Shown: in pieces, positions 36,153-46,453 of the stretch
Layout: every line of letters starts with the position of its first letter
Position numbering within the stretch: the first letter of the stretch is position 1
Assembly: GCA_016928555.1 (NCBI GenBank)
Contig: JAFGKM010000003.1
Span: forward strand, 1,112 to 65,111
Length of the DNA stretch: 64,000 bases
Source of the DNA: Candidatus Omnitrophota bacterium
GTDB taxonomy: Bacteria > Ratteibacteria > UBA8468 > B48-G9 > JAFGKM01
Direction: 5' to 3'
The notes under the pieces: model-generated
What the model saw: only the letters and a program-made list of their open reading frames with translations
Told to the model about the DNA's origin: nothing
Databases searched by the model: none
Translations under genes and position numbers: made by a program

Positions 36153-37030
36153 TGGGGTTGCTTATATATCTGAACGGCAAGCTGGTTCCCGAGAAAGAGG
36201 CGAAAGTGTCGATATTTGACCACGGTCTTCTGTACGGTGACGGGGTTTTTGAAGGCATAAGGGGTTACAACGGCAGGATATGGAAGCTGGATGAGCATCT
36301 TTCACGGCTTTATAATTCGGCAAAAGCCATAATGCTTGAAGTTCCGCTCAATTTTTATGATTTGAAAAACGCAATTGTTCAGACTGTAAGGGCAAACAAG
36401 TTGAAAGACAGCTATATAAGGGTTGTTGTAACCAGGGGGGCAGGGGACCTGGGGCTTGACCCGAGTAAGTGCAGGGTGCCTACGCTTTTTATAATAGCCG
36501 GTACCATACAGCTTTATCCCGAGGTGCTGTATGAAAAAGGGCTTGATGTGGTTACGGTAGGCACAAAAAGGAATCTGACTGAATCCGTCAGTCCTTCCAT
36601 AAAATCGCTCAACTATCTGAATAATATTCTCGCCAAGATAGAAGCGAACAATGCCGGGGCGGCGGAAGGGCTCATGTTAAACCATCTGGGATACGTTAGC
36701 GAATGCACCGGCGAGAACATTTTTACGGTCAGAAACAACTCTTTGTATACGCCGCCCGTATATGCCGGGGTGCTTGAAGGCGTGACAAGAAATATCGTCA
36801 AGGAAATTGCCGCCGGCATAGGGCTTAAGGTCGTGGAAAAAAACATGACGAGGCATGACATATTTACGGCGGATGAGTGTTTCCTCACGGGAACAGCGGC
36901 GGAGATAGTCCCCGTTGTCTCTCTCGATAAGAGGATTATAGGAACGGGCAAGCCGGGAGAAACTACCAAAAGGATAAGAAAGGAATTCTCTTTTCTGACC
37001 AGGGAGGAAGGGGTTCCGGTTTACGAATGA
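36152..37030 (+). CDS. ilvE: Class IV (branched-chain/D-amino acid) aminotransferase
   Basis: 292 aa; 'HGLLYGDGVFEG', 'KSLNYLNNILAKIEA', 'ECTGENIFTV' class-IV PLP fold motifs; TAATG 1-nt overlap with lolD. Confidence 0.75.
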   Translation: MGLLIYLNGKLVPEKEAKVSIFDHGLLYGDGVFEGIRGYNGRIWKLDEHLSRLYNSAKAIMLEVPLNFYDLKNAIVQTVRANKLKDSYIRVVVTRGAGDLGLDPSKCRVPTLFIIAGTIQLYPEVLYEKGLDVVTVGTKRNLTESVSPSIKSLNYLNNILAKIEANNAGAAEGLMLNHLGYVSECTGENIFTVRNNSLYTPPVYAGVLEGVTRNIVKEIAAGIGLKVVEKNMTRHDIFTADECFLTGTAAEIVPVVSLDKRIIGTGKPGETTKRIRKEFSFLTREEGVPVYE

Positions 37031-37047
37031 CGGCCGGGAACGGCCGT
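37030..37047 (+). terminator. Hairpin after ilvE (ACGGCCG-GGAA-CGGCCGT), weak/no U-tract
   Basis: 7-bp GC-rich stem immediately after stop 37030; followed by TTAGG rather than U-run. Confidence 0.25.
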
Positions 37048-37101
37048 TAGGCATACGCTCTGCAGATATCTGCGAGGTTAAGCGGATATTCGGGAGGTTT
37101 T

Positions 37102-39600
37102 ATGTTTGAGAGATTCACGGAAAGATTAAAGGTCCTTCTCGATTTTGCCAGGAAAGAAGCCATCAGGTTCGGGCATAACAGGATTGAACCTGAACATATT
37201 CTTCTTGCAATGATAGAGGATGCCCAGGGAGTGGGGTTTACGATTCTGCATCAGATGGGCATTGAGTTCCAGAAGATGAAGCATGAAATAGAAAGAAGCA
37301 TGAAGATAGGGGTCCCTGTTTATGTCGGTGAACTGCCCCTTAGCATCCAGTCGAAGAAGGTTCTTGAGCTTGCCATAAAAGAAGCTCAGTTTTATACCCA
37401 CAGCTATGTCGGGACGGAACACGTTTTGCTGGGCATAATTGCAGCCGAAGAGACGCTTCCTTCAAAGATACTGCGGAGCAACGGCATTACTCTTAAAAAT
37501 GCGCGCGAGGTTTTTGAAGACTTCGTTTTGAATAATAACGAGCACAAATGGGGAGGATATGAAAAATCTTATCCCTCCCAGCAATACCAGAAAAACAAGG
37601 CGACGGCTCTGCAGACTTTCGGCAGAGACCTGACCAGGCTTGCAAAGGAAGGCAAGCTGGATCCGGTGATAGGCAGGGATAAGGAAATAGAGCGGTTGAC
37701 GCAGATTTTGTGCAGGAGGAAGAAAAACAACCCTGTTTTGCTCGGGGAGCCCGGGGTGGGCAAAACGGCGATTGTTGAAGGGCTTGCACAGAAGATTGTT
37801 TCGGGCGGCTCCCCCGAGATTCTGAAAGAAAAAAAGCTTATAATGATAGACCTTCCCTCAATGGTTGCGGGCACAAAATACAGAGGCGAGTTTGAACAGA
37901 GGGTCAAGATAGTGATTGACGAGATAAAAAGCTCCCGCAACATAATAATCTTTATTGATGAAATACATACCCTTGTGGGAGCAGGCGGAGCCGAAGGAGC
38001 GATAGACGCCTCAAATATACTGAAGCCTTCCCTTTCGCGGGGGGAGTTGCAGTGCATAGGGGCAACGACTCTTGACGAATACAGAAAGTATATTGAGAAA
38101 GACGGAGCTCTTGAAAGAAGGTTCCAGCCGGTAATGGTAAATCCCGCCACCGTTGAGGAAACCATTGAGATTTTGAAAGGGCTGAAAGAGAAATATGAGA
38201 TGCATCACAATCTTAAAATTTCAGACGGCGCCGTTGAGGCGGCGGCGGTGCTGAGCGAGAGATATATATCGGGAAGGTTTCTGCCTGACAAGGCAATCGA
38301 TTTGATTGACGAGGCTGCGAGCCGGCTCAGGCTGAAGCTCTACAATCCGCCTGAAGACATAGAGAAATTCAACCGAAAGATTGAAGAGGTTGTCAGAGAG
38401 AGGGAAAATGCGGGAAAGAGGCAGGAGTACGAAACAGCCGCCGCTTTGAGGGACAAGGAAAGAGAACTGAAAAATAAGCTGGATTACCTGAGGGAGAACT
38501 GGAGCAAGCTTATCCCCGAGGAAAAAAGGATTATAACCGAAGAGAATGTTGCGGAGGTTGTTTCGCAGTGGACGGGTATTCCCGCGGTCCAGCTCTGCAA
38601 AGAGGAAAAAGAACGCCTTCTTGAAATGGAAAAAGAGGTTCACAAAATTGTTGTGGGGCAGGATGAGGCTATTTCAGCCGTCAGCAGGGCGATAAGAAGG
38701 TCGAGGGCGGGACTTCACGACAGGCGCAGGCCGATAGGAAGTTTTCTTTTCCTCGGCCCTACCGGCGTGGGGAAAACTCTGCTTGCCAGGGCGCTCGCAA
38801 AATTTCTATTCGGAGACGAAAAGGCTCTGCTGCAGATAGACATGTCTGAATACATGGAGAAGTTTTCCATAAGCAGGCTTATAGGCGCCCCTCCGGGCTA
38901 TGTCGGCTACGAGGAGGGAGGACAGATTACCGAGAGGGTGAGAAGAAGGCCTTACAGCGTTATACTCCTTGACGAAATTGAGAAAGCGCATCCCGATATT
39001 TTCAACCTGCTCCTCCAGGTTCTGGAAGACGGAAACCTGACGGACAGTTTCGGCAGGAGCGTGAGCTTCCAGAATACCGTGCTTATTCTAACTTCAAACA
39101 TAGGGAACCAGATTTTCAAAAATCAGGCCGTCATGGGATTCCGGCAGGAAGGAAAAGAAGATGTTCAGGACGGCCTTAAAGACAGGATAATGGAGCAGGT
39201 TAAACATACATTCAGGCCGGAGTTCCTTAACAGGCTGGATGAAACAATAGTATTCCATCCTCTGGAAAGAAAGCATCTCTTTGAAATTGCCGAACTGGAG
39301 ATTTCTTCCGTGAAGGAGAGGATGAAGGGACAGCATATTTCCGTTGTTGTTTCGGATAAGGCTAAGAGCTTTCTCATAGACAAAGGCACGAGTTACGAAT
39401 TCGGAGCCAGGCCGCTGAAAAGGACCATATCAAAATACATGGAAGACCCGCTTTCCGAAGAAATGCTGAAGGAATTATATCCCAAAAATTCGACGGTTCT
39501 TGTTGATTACCGCGGAAAAAATAAACTTACCTTCAGGCTTGTGAAGAAAGGAGACAACCTTGAAAAAAATAAAAATTCTGCTGTTGTGCCTCTTGCTTAA
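37102..39600 (+). CDS. clpC: ATP-dependent Clp protease ATP-binding subunit ClpC-type (Clp_N repeats, two AAA+ modules, UVR-like linker)
   Basis: 832 aa; Walker A 'GEPGVGKTA' and 'GPTGVGKT'; UVR-like 'YETAAALRDKERELKNKLDYL'; ClpB/ClpC signature motifs. Confidence 0.9.
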   Translation: MFERFTERLKVLLDFARKEAIRFGHNRIEPEHILLAMIEDAQGVGFTILHQMGIEFQKMKHEIERSMKIGVPVYVGELPLSIQSKKVLELAIKEAQFYTHSYVGTEHVLLGIIAAEETLPSKILRSNGITLKNAREVFEDFVLNNNEHKWGGYEKSYPSQQYQKNKATALQTFGRDLTRLAKEGKLDPVIGRDKEIERLTQILCRRKKNNPVLLGEPGVGKTAIVEGLAQKIVSGGSPEILKEKKLIMIDLPSMVAGTKYRGEFEQRVKIVIDEIKSSRNIIIFIDEIHTLVGAGGAEGAIDASNILKPSLSRGELQCIGATTLDEYRKYIEKDGALERRFQPVMVNPATVEETIEILKGLKEKYEMHHNLKISDGAVEAAAVLSERYISGRFLPDKAIDLIDEAASRLRLKLYNPPEDIEKFNRKIEEVVRERENAGKRQEYETAAALRDKERELKNKLDYLRENWSKLIPEEKRIITEENVAEVVSQWTGIPAVQLCKEEKERLLEMEKEVHKIVVGQDEAISAVSRAIRRSRAGLHDRRRPIGSFLFLGPTGVGKTLLARALAKFLFGDEKALLQIDMSEYMEKFSISRLIGAPPGYVGYEEGGQITERVRRRPYSVILLDEIEKAHPDIFNLLLQVLEDGNLTDSFGRSVSFQNTVLILTSNIGNQIFKNQAVMGFRQEGKEDVQDGLKDRIMEQVKHTFRPEFLNRLDETIVFHPLERKHLFEIAELEISSVKERMKGQHISVVVSDKAKSFLIDKGTSYEFGARPLKRTISKYMEDPLSEEMLKELYPKNSTVLVDYRGKNKLTFRLVKKGDNLEKNKNSAVVPLA

Positions 39601-41800
39601 TCCGCTTACTCTGCTTTTTGCTCAGAACAGGATTAATTCCGTTGAAATATCCGGCAACAGAAACGTTAGCAAAGAGCGGATATTGATGCTTATGAAAATG
39701 AAGCCGGGCGTGGAGTTCAATGAAGAGGTTTTAATAGAAGACATAAGGAAGATAGGCGAAACCGGGTTCTTTTTCAGCATAGGATACGAAAAAGAGGAAA
39801 CTGAAGCAGGGGTTGACATAAAGCTTAAAGTTGTTGAAAATCCCGTAATAAGGGAAATAAGGTTTACGGGCAACAAGGCATTTAAATCGGCAAAACTTCT
39901 GGAATTTCTCGGCGTGAAAAAAGGGGATATTCTGAATGAAGTCAAGATTGCCGGGGGGATTGAAGAGATAAAGGCAAAATACAGAGAGAAAAGGTTTCAT
40001 CTTGCGGATGTCAGGTATGAAATGGAGGATAAGGAAGGGGATGTCATTCTTAAGATAACGGTAATGGAGGAAGGCAGGGCATATGTTTCGTCAATAAATT
40101 TTGAAGGAAACAAGGCTTTTTCCGCTTACAGCCTGCGTAAACTTATGAAGGTAAAGCAAAGGAAGATGCCCTTTATAAAAGGTACTTTTAAAGAAGACCT
40201 TTTTGAAAAGGACGTTGAAAACATAATAAATTTCTACAAAGACCATGGTTTTCTTGACGTGAAGGCGGAGAAGAAGGTAACTCAGGACGGGAAAGGCAGG
40301 ACGCTTGTCCTGCACATACTTATTGAAGAAGGCACGCAATATTACCTTGGGGACATAAATTTCAGGGGCAATCTCATTGTTGACGAAAAAGAACTGCGGG
40401 ATACGCTGGCGCTGAAGAGAAAAGGAGAGCTTTTCAGCAGGAAGAAAGCGGATGCGAACATCAGGGATTTGTCGGTTTTCTACATGAACAAGGGATATCT
40501 TAAAATCAAAATTAACGAGATTCCCGTGGCGGCGGAAAAGCCTGGCGTTGTGAACGTAACGTATTTCATTGAACCCGATGAAATATTCTATGCCGGGGAA
40601 ATTATCGTGAGGGGCAATGTTAAGACAAAGGATAAGGTTATAAGGCGCGAAGTGAGGGTTGAGCCGGGAGATAAGATTACCTCGGATAAAGTCCGCAGAA
40701 GTTACAGCAGGCTTTTTGACCTGAATTATTTTGAAAAGATAAACATTTACCCTGAATTTACCGATAGGCCGGGTATTGCCAACGTAGTGGTTGACGTTGA
40801 AGAGAAAGAGAGAACGGGGCTTTTTGTCATAGGCGGCGGCTACAGCAGCGTTGATGATATAGTGGGCATGATAAGCGTAGAGCAGAGCAATTTTGACATA
40901 GCGAATCCGCCTTCCTTTACCGGAGGCGGCCAGAATATAGGAGTCAGCGTTGAATTTGGAACCGAGGCAAGGAATTACAGGTTCAGTTTTACGGAACCGT
41001 ATTTTTTTGACAGGCCCGTCTGGTTCGGAACCGATTTATACAGGACAAGAAGGGCATGGAGCGAGTACACGGAGGAAAGGACGGGCGGGGCGTTGAGGAT
41101 AGGCAGGAGATGGGAGAGAACCTCGCTTGGATTTACATTCAGGGTGGAAGAGCTTTCTCTTTCGGACGTTGACGTTCCGTCGCCCTTAAGGCCCGAGGGA
41201 GACATCTGGAAGAACAGCATAACGGCATCTTTGACTCACAGCACGCTTGACAGCAAGCGCTCTCCGACAAAAGGGAATCTTTCCCGTCTTTCTGTAGAGT
41301 ATGCGGGAGACTTTCTTGAGGGCGACCTTTCTTTTGTAAAACCGGTGCTGGAAAATGATTTTTACTGGCCTTTAGGCAGGACTGTTTTCCGCAGTAAAAC
41401 CTATGCGGGCATGGTAAGCGAAACGGCGGATACCGATGTAATCCCCGTTTATGAAAGATTTTTCGGCGGCGGGATAGGGACAGTCAGGGGATACAGGGAA
41501 AGAGAACTGGGCCCTTCCGGAAGCGAGGATGACGGAGGCCAGTCGCTCTTTGCCCAAAATTTTGAGTTGATTTATCCTTTATATGAAGATATACTAAAGG
41601 GAGTTTTATTTTTTGATGCGGGCAACGTGTGGGAAGACTGGGGGGATTTCGGCGGGTTGCGAAAGAGCGTAGGAGCAGGCATTAAGGTTATTGTTCCGCT
41701 GTTTAATGCCCCTATTGAAATTTATTATGGGCACGCTCTTGACGGTAGAGAAGGGGATCCTGACGGCAGGTGGCATTTCGGAATGAGCTTCGGGTTCTGA
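39560..41800 (+). CDS. bamA: Outer membrane protein assembly factor BamA (POTRA repeats + Omp85 barrel)
   Basis: Signal peptide; repeated 'F.GN..F' POTRA modules; C-terminal barrel ending ...GMSFGF; start may lie downstream (41-nt overlap with clpC). Confidence 0.9.
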   Translation: MKKIKILLLCLLLNPLTLLFAQNRINSVEISGNRNVSKERILMLMKMKPGVEFNEEVLIEDIRKIGETGFFFSIGYEKEETEAGVDIKLKVVENPVIREIRFTGNKAFKSAKLLEFLGVKKGDILNEVKIAGGIEEIKAKYREKRFHLADVRYEMEDKEGDVILKITVMEEGRAYVSSINFEGNKAFSAYSLRKLMKVKQRKMPFIKGTFKEDLFEKDVENIINFYKDHGFLDVKAEKKVTQDGKGRTLVLHILIEEGTQYYLGDINFRGNLIVDEKELRDTLALKRKGELFSRKKADANIRDLSVFYMNKGYLKIKINEIPVAAEKPGVVNVTYFIEPDEIFYAGEIIVRGNVKTKDKVIRREVRVEPGDKITSDKVRRSYSRLFDLNYFEKINIYPEFTDRPGIANVVVDVEEKERTGLFVIGGGYSSVDDIVGMISVEQSNFDIANPPSFTGGGQNIGVSVEFGTEARNYRFSFTEPYFFDRPVWFGTDLYRTRRAWSEYTEERTGGALRIGRRWERTSLGFTFRVEELSLSDVDVPSPLRPEGDIWKNSITASLTHSTLDSKRSPTKGNLSRLSVEYAGDFLEGDLSFVKPVLENDFYWPLGRTVFRSKTYAGMVSETADTDVIPVYERFFGGGIGTVRGYRERELGPSGSEDDGGQSLFAQNFELIYPLYEDILKGVLFFDAGNVWEDWGDFGGLRKSVGAGIKVIVPLFNAPIEIYYGHALDGREGDPDGRWHFGMSFGF

Positions 41801-41947
41801 TAAAAACGGTAAATCGAAACCCCTCATCGTTTATCATTACGAACGGATGTGAAGCAATCTCAATGGAAAGTATGGTTGGGATTGCCGCGCCCCAAATTAC
41901 GGGGCTCGCAATGACAAAAACGTCGGTTCAAAAAAAGGAGGATTTCA

Positions 41948-42457
41948 ATGGATAAAATTAAAAAGATGTTTTTAACCGGAATTTTTTCAAGCCTGATATT
42001 TGCTGGAACAGCTTTTTCGCAGACCGTTAAAATAGGTTGCGTAGATTTAAAAACGGTTTTTGACAGGTACGAGAAAGCCAAATCGGTTGAAGCGGATTTT
42101 CTCAAGAAGGTTGAAACAAAACAGAAGGAAGTAGGCGTTATGGAAGAGAAGATAAAAAAGATGCAGGCCGAGTACGAGCAGAAGAAAGACGTTATGAAGC
42201 CGGAAGAGAAGAGCAAAAAGGAGTCCGAGCTGAAGGAAGAAATCAAGAAGTTTGCAGATAAGTGGACAGAGGTTAACAAGGAGTTGGATAAGGAGCGTAA
42301 AGAACTTGAAGAAGAGCTTCTCGAAGAGATACGCAAAGAAGTTAAAGCCTACGGAGAAAAAAACGGGTTTGCGGTCATTCTTGATTCGAGGGTGGTTATT
42401 TACGGACAGAAATCGGTTGACCTGACCGAGCAAATGATAAAGATAGTGAACAAATGA
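41948..42457 (+). CDS. skp: Periplasmic chaperone Skp/OmpH
   Basis: 169 aa, signal peptide, Lys/Glu-rich coiled-coil, canonical position between bamA and lpxD. Confidence 0.8.
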   Translation: MDKIKKMFLTGIFSSLIFAGTAFSQTVKIGCVDLKTVFDRYEKAKSVEADFLKKVETKQKEVGVMEEKIKKMQAEYEQKKDVMKPEEKSKKESELKEEIKKFADKWTEVNKELDKERKELEEELLEEIRKEVKAYGEKNGFAVILDSRVVIYGQKSVDLTEQMIKIVNK

Positions 42458-42478
42458 CAAAACAGGCGGGAAAAACAA

Positions 42479-43546
42479 GTGAGAATGACAGTAAGGGAAA
42501 TAGCGGAGATAGTAGGCGGGGTTGTTATAGGCGATGAGAGCTTAAGCATCACCGGCCTGTCGGGGATAAAGGAGGCCAAGGAGGGAGAACTTACCTTCAT
42601 AGCCAACAACAAGTACAGGCCTTTGCTGAAACTTACCAAGGCGTCCGCCGTCATTGTCCCTTCCGACATAAATAACAGTGTCAGCGCCTCGCTTATACAG
42701 GTGGAAAACCCTTCGCTGGCATTTGCGAAAATAATGGCTATCGCAGGTCCCGAACCGGTCACTTTCAAATCCGGCATAGACCCGACAGCCGTTATAGGCA
42801 ATGATGTTATCATAGGCAAAAATGTTTCAATACAGCCGTATGCCGTTATAGAAGATAAGGTTGAGATAGGCGACGGTTCCATTATAGGGGCATGTGTTTA
42901 CATCGGTCACTATACCAGAGTTGGGAAGGATTCGCTTATATATCCTCATGTTGTAATCAGGGAAAGGGTGCTCATGGGTGCCAGGGTCATTATTCATCCC
43001 GGCACGGTTATAGGAGGAGACGGCTTCGGGTTTGCCACCGTCAAAGGAGTCCATCATAAGATTCCCCAGATAGGGACCGTTGAAATAGGCGATGATGTTG
43101 AAATAGGTTCAAATGTCACTATAGACAGGGCGAGATTCGACAAGACTTATATAGGCAACGGAGTGAAAATAGACAATCTTGTCCAGATAGCACACAATGT
43201 TTACATAGGAGAGAATACCATTGTTGTCGCCCAGGTCGGCATATCGGGAAGTACGGTTGTGGGCAGGAATGTCATAATAGCCGGGCAGGCGGGAATTACA
43301 GGCCACATAACGATAGGAGATAATTCCATAATAGGCGGGAAGGCCGGAGTGACGAAAAACATTCCGCCGAATACCCATGTAACGGGATTTCCGGCCCGCG
43401 ACAAGTGGGAGGACATGAGGCTTCAGGCATATTCAAGGAGACAGCCGGAGTTTATAGACAAAATTAAAAAGCTGGAAGAAAAGATTGAAGCAATGGGAAG
43501 GAAAATAAAGGACATATATGGAGAAGAAGAGCCAGAAAACAATTGA
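42479..43546 (+). CDS. lpxD: UDP-3-O-acylglucosamine N-acyltransferase LpxD
   Basis: 355 aa; N-terminal LpxD domain plus left-handed beta-helix hexapeptide repeats. Confidence 0.9.
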   Translation: MRMTVREIAEIVGGVVIGDESLSITGLSGIKEAKEGELTFIANNKYRPLLKLTKASAVIVPSDINNSVSASLIQVENPSLAFAKIMAIAGPEPVTFKSGIDPTAVIGNDVIIGKNVSIQPYAVIEDKVEIGDGSIIGACVYIGHYTRVGKDSLIYPHVVIRERVLMGARVIIHPGTVIGGDGFGFATVKGVHHKIPQIGTVEIGDDVEIGSNVTIDRARFDKTYIGNGVKIDNLVQIAHNVYIGENTIVVAQVGISGSTVVGRNVIIAGQAGITGHITIGDNSIIGGKAGVTKNIPPNTHVTGFPARDKWEDMRLQAYSRRQPEFIDKIKKLEEKIEAMGRKIKDIYGEEEPENN

Positions 43547-44843
43547 AAAAGCAGTTACCATAGAAGGCATAGGTCTTCATACCGGCGAAGAAAGCCGGTT
43601 GACTTTTAAGCCTTCCGCCGCAAATTCCGGAATACTTTTTGTCAAAAAGGGCACTGCGGACGCGGAGCCGGTTAAGCCGGATATCGACAGCCTCCTTGAT
43701 ACTAAAAAATTTCCGAGAAGGACGTCCATAGGCAACGGGCATTTCCAGATTCATACCGTTGAACATCTTCTTTCCGCTCTTTACTCCATGGAGGTAGATA
43801 ACGTTATCATAGAAATTGAGGGAAACGAATGTCCGGGGATGGACGGAAGCGCAAAGCCTTTTGTGGACATTTTCAAGAAAGCCGGCATAAAAACGCTGAA
43901 TAGCGAAAGAGACGTTTTTACCGTAAAAGAACCCATATATGTTTCAAACAACGGGACGCACATAATCGCCTTGCCTTCCGATGAACTTAAGATATCCTAT
44001 ATGCTTGACTATCCCGACACGATGCTGAATTCCCAGTATGCTTCTTACACAATAACTCCGGAGAGCTACGAGAAGGAGATAGCCCCCGCAAGGACTTTTT
44101 GCATGCGGGAGGAAGTGGATTCTTTGAAAAAACTCGGGCTCGGGAAAGGGTCGGACTACAAAAACACCCTGGTAATTGACGGGAAAAAAGGAGTTATTGA
44201 CAATAAATTCAGGTTTGAGGATGAACCGGTAAGGCACAAAATAAGCGATTTGATAGGAGACCTTGCGCTGTTCGGCGATTACGTCTCCGCGCATATAATC
44301 GGTATAAAAAGCGGGCATTCAATAAACACAAAACTCATAAAAAAAATAAGGGAGATTTACAACAGAGAAAGAGCCAGCGCCGTAGGAAGGCCGTCTTTAT
44401 CCAAGGAGTCCTTTGAAACCCTTTCTGTTGAAGGTATTACAAACATTATCCCTCACAGGTACCCGTTCCTTCTTGTAGACAGGATTCTTGAGTTGAACGA
44501 TACGAAAGCCATCGGCATTAAGAATGTCACCATAAACGAATGGTTTTTCCAGGGGCACTTCCCCGGACACCCCGTTATGCCTGGGGTTCTTGTCGTGGAA
44601 GCTCTGGCTCAGGTGGGAGGAGTGTTAATGCTGAGCAAGGAAGAGAACAGGGGAAAGCTTGCTTATTTCATGAGTATAGAAAATGTAAAATTCAGAAGAG
44701 CGATAACGCCCGGCAGCCAGCTGCTGCTGCAGGTGGAGGTTATCAAAATGAAAAGCAAGGTGGCGCGTCTGCAGGGTAAGGCCTTTGTCGATGGGAAAAT
44801 TGCCGCAGAAGGGTTTTTTATGTCCACCATAGTAGATGCCTGA
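43518..44843 (+). CDS. lpxC-fabZ: Bifunctional UDP-3-O-acyl-GlcNAc deacetylase / 3-hydroxyacyl-ACP dehydratase (LpxC-FabZ fusion)
   Basis: N-terminal LpxC ('[14 protein letters not shown]','[10 protein letters not shown]'), C-terminal FabZ hot-dog ('[14 protein letters not shown]...[16 protein letters not shown]'). Confidence 0.9.
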   Translation: MEKKSQKTIEKAVTIEGIGLHTGEESRLTFKPSAANSGILFVKKGTADAEPVKPDIDSLLDTKKFPRRTSIGNGHFQIHTVEHLLSALYSMEVDNVIIEIEGNECPGMDGSAKPFVDIFKKAGIKTLNSERDVFTVKEPIYVSNNGTHIIALPSDELKISYMLDYPDTMLNSQYASYTITPESYEKEIAPARTFCMREEVDSLKKLGLGKGSDYKNTLVIDGKKGVIDNKFRFEDEPVRHKISDLIGDLALFGDYVSAHIIGIKSGHSINTKLIKKIREIYNRERASAVGRPSLSKESFETLSVEGITNIIPHRYPFLLVDRILELNDTKAIGIKNVTINEWFFQGHFPGHPVMPGVLVVEALAQVGGVLMLSKEENRGKLAYFMSIENVKFRRAITPGSQLLLQVEVIKMKSKVARLQGKAFVDGKIAAEGFFMSTIVDA

Positions 44844-44866
44844 AAAGTATTATATAGATATTTACC

Positions 44867-45646
44867 ATGATACATCATCCTACTGCCGTAATCTCACCGA
44901 AAGCCCGCATAGAAGAAGACGTTGCGATAGGACCTTATGCCGTTGTTGAAGACAACGTAATAATACGCAGAGGCTGTAAAATAGGGCCCCATGTCCATAT
45001 TGCCGGCTATACCGAGATAGGTCCGGGGTGTTCCATATTTACAGGCGCCGTGGTAGGAAGCATCCCCCAAGACCTCAAGTACAGAGGGGGAAAGACGTAT
45101 CTCCGGATAGGCGAAAGGACCGTCATAAGGGAATTTGTCACCATGAATTCAGGGACATCCGAAGGTGAGAGTACGGTTGTGGGCAGCCATAATCTTCTGA
45201 TGGCTTACGTCCATGTGGCCCATAACTGCATAATAGGGAACAACGTCATAATTGCCAATGCTGGGACGCTTGCAGGGCATGTTGTCATTGAGGATTTTGC
45301 GATAATAGGAGGCCTTGCGGGCATACATCAGTTCTGCAGGGTGGGAAGTCATTCTATCATAGGCGGCTGTTCAAAGATTACGAAAGACATAGTGCCTTTT
45401 GTGATGGCGGACGGGCATCCCGCAAGCCCTTCGGGCATCAATAAAGTGGGCCTTAAAAGAAGGAACTTTCCCGAAGACAAAATAATGCTCATAGAAGAAG
45501 CATACAAAAAACTGTTCCGCTCCGGACTTAACGTTGCCGATGCGCTTGCCGCTCTTGAAAAAATGGAAAAATCGGAGGAGATTCTGCATATTAGAGAGTT
45601 CATAAAAAAATCGGAACGCGGCATAGCAAAGGAAAAGCACGCCTGA
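44867..45646 (+). CDS. lpxA: Acyl-ACP--UDP-GlcNAc O-acyltransferase LpxA
   Basis: 259 aa hexapeptide-repeat protein starting 'MIHHPTAVISPKA'; conserved position after lpxC/fabZ. Confidence 0.9.
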   Translation: MIHHPTAVISPKARIEEDVAIGPYAVVEDNVIIRRGCKIGPHVHIAGYTEIGPGCSIFTGAVVGSIPQDLKYRGGKTYLRIGERTVIREFVTMNSGTSEGESTVVGSHNLLMAYVHVAHNCIIGNNVIIANAGTLAGHVVIEDFAIIGGLAGIHQFCRVGSHSIIGGCSKITKDIVPFVMADGHPASPSGINKVGLKRRNFPEDKIMLIEEAYKKLFRSGLNVADALAALEKMEKSEEILHIREFIKKSERGIAKEKHA

Positions 45647-45656
45647 TTGTAAAATA

Positions 45657-46445
45657 ATGGGAAAAAAAACGGGGCTGTTTGTAAGCAATGACGGATTATC
45701 GGAGTACGTGTACAGGAAACTTGCCGGTAACTGCGAGGTTTATCCTTTTTCCTTTTCTCCCGTAGATTTTGTTGACAGCGCGGTTTTTTCCTTCGGAGAC
45801 ATGGCGGGCCTTCTGCTTCATTTCAAAAAAACAGGAATAAACAAGCTGGTTTTTATAGGCAGTATTCCTCCCCGCTTCCTTTTTAAAAATGAAATGCACG
45901 TTTCGGGAAAGAAGTTTCTCAATGAGTCGGGACAGCCGTGGCATGGCGAGCGGATTCTTTCGGATTTAATCGCTTATCTTGCAAAAGAAAACATTGAAGT
46001 CCTTCCGCTTACGGAAGTTCTGTGCAAAGAGCTGGCGGAGGAGAAGGTTTACACGGATGTTCCCCCGGATGTGTCGGAGCTGTCCGATATAAAGATTGGG
46101 ACGGCCATGCTGAAAGACCTTATGAAATACAGGGCTGGGCAGTCCGCCGCAGTGAAAAACGGCATGATTGTTGCCGTTGAAGGGATTGAAGGAACAAACG
46201 AGATGATAAAGAGAGCCGGCATGTACTGCGGAAGCAAGGGTTTTACGGTTGTAAAGATTGCGGGCGGGAACAAAGATGAACGTTTCGACCTTCCTGTAAT
46301 AGGCACTGAAACCGCGGAGGCGTTAAAATCGGCGGGCGGAAACGTTATTGCCGTTGAGGCGGGCAGAACCGTAATTTTACATAAAAAAGAGACTGCGGCA
46401 ATGTGCAATGAAAGCAGGATAAAACTTCTCGGCATAAGAGTTTGA
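45657..46445 (+). CDS. lpxI: UDP-2,3-diacylglucosamine hydrolase LpxI (DUF1009) family
   Basis: C-terminal 'RFDLPVIGTETAEALKSAGGNVIAVEAGRTVIL' matches LpxI C-domain; sits after lpxA as in LpxI-type lipid A clusters. Confidence 0.65.
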   Translation: MGKKTGLFVSNDGLSEYVYRKLAGNCEVYPFSFSPVDFVDSAVFSFGDMAGLLLHFKKTGINKLVFIGSIPPRFLFKNEMHVSGKKFLNESGQPWHGERILSDLIAYLAKENIEVLPLTEVLCKELAEEKVYTDVPPDVSELSDIKIGTAMLKDLMKYRAGQSAAVKNGMIVAVEGIEGTNEMIKRAGMYCGSKGFTVVKIAGGNKDERFDLPVIGTETAEALKSAGGNVIAVEAGRTVILHKKETAAMCNESRIKLLGIRV

Positions 46446-46453
46446 AGGGAAAA

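Noticed and set aside
37493-38643. 98-198-aa minus-strand ORFs
   Set aside because: Antisense to clpC, whose Walker motifs and length fix the coding strand.
39560-39600. 41-nt overlap between clpC 3' end and bamA 5' end as a biological feature
   Set aside because: More likely start-site ambiguity (the bamA signal peptide is plausible, but the frames simply overlap). No evidence for programmed coupling.
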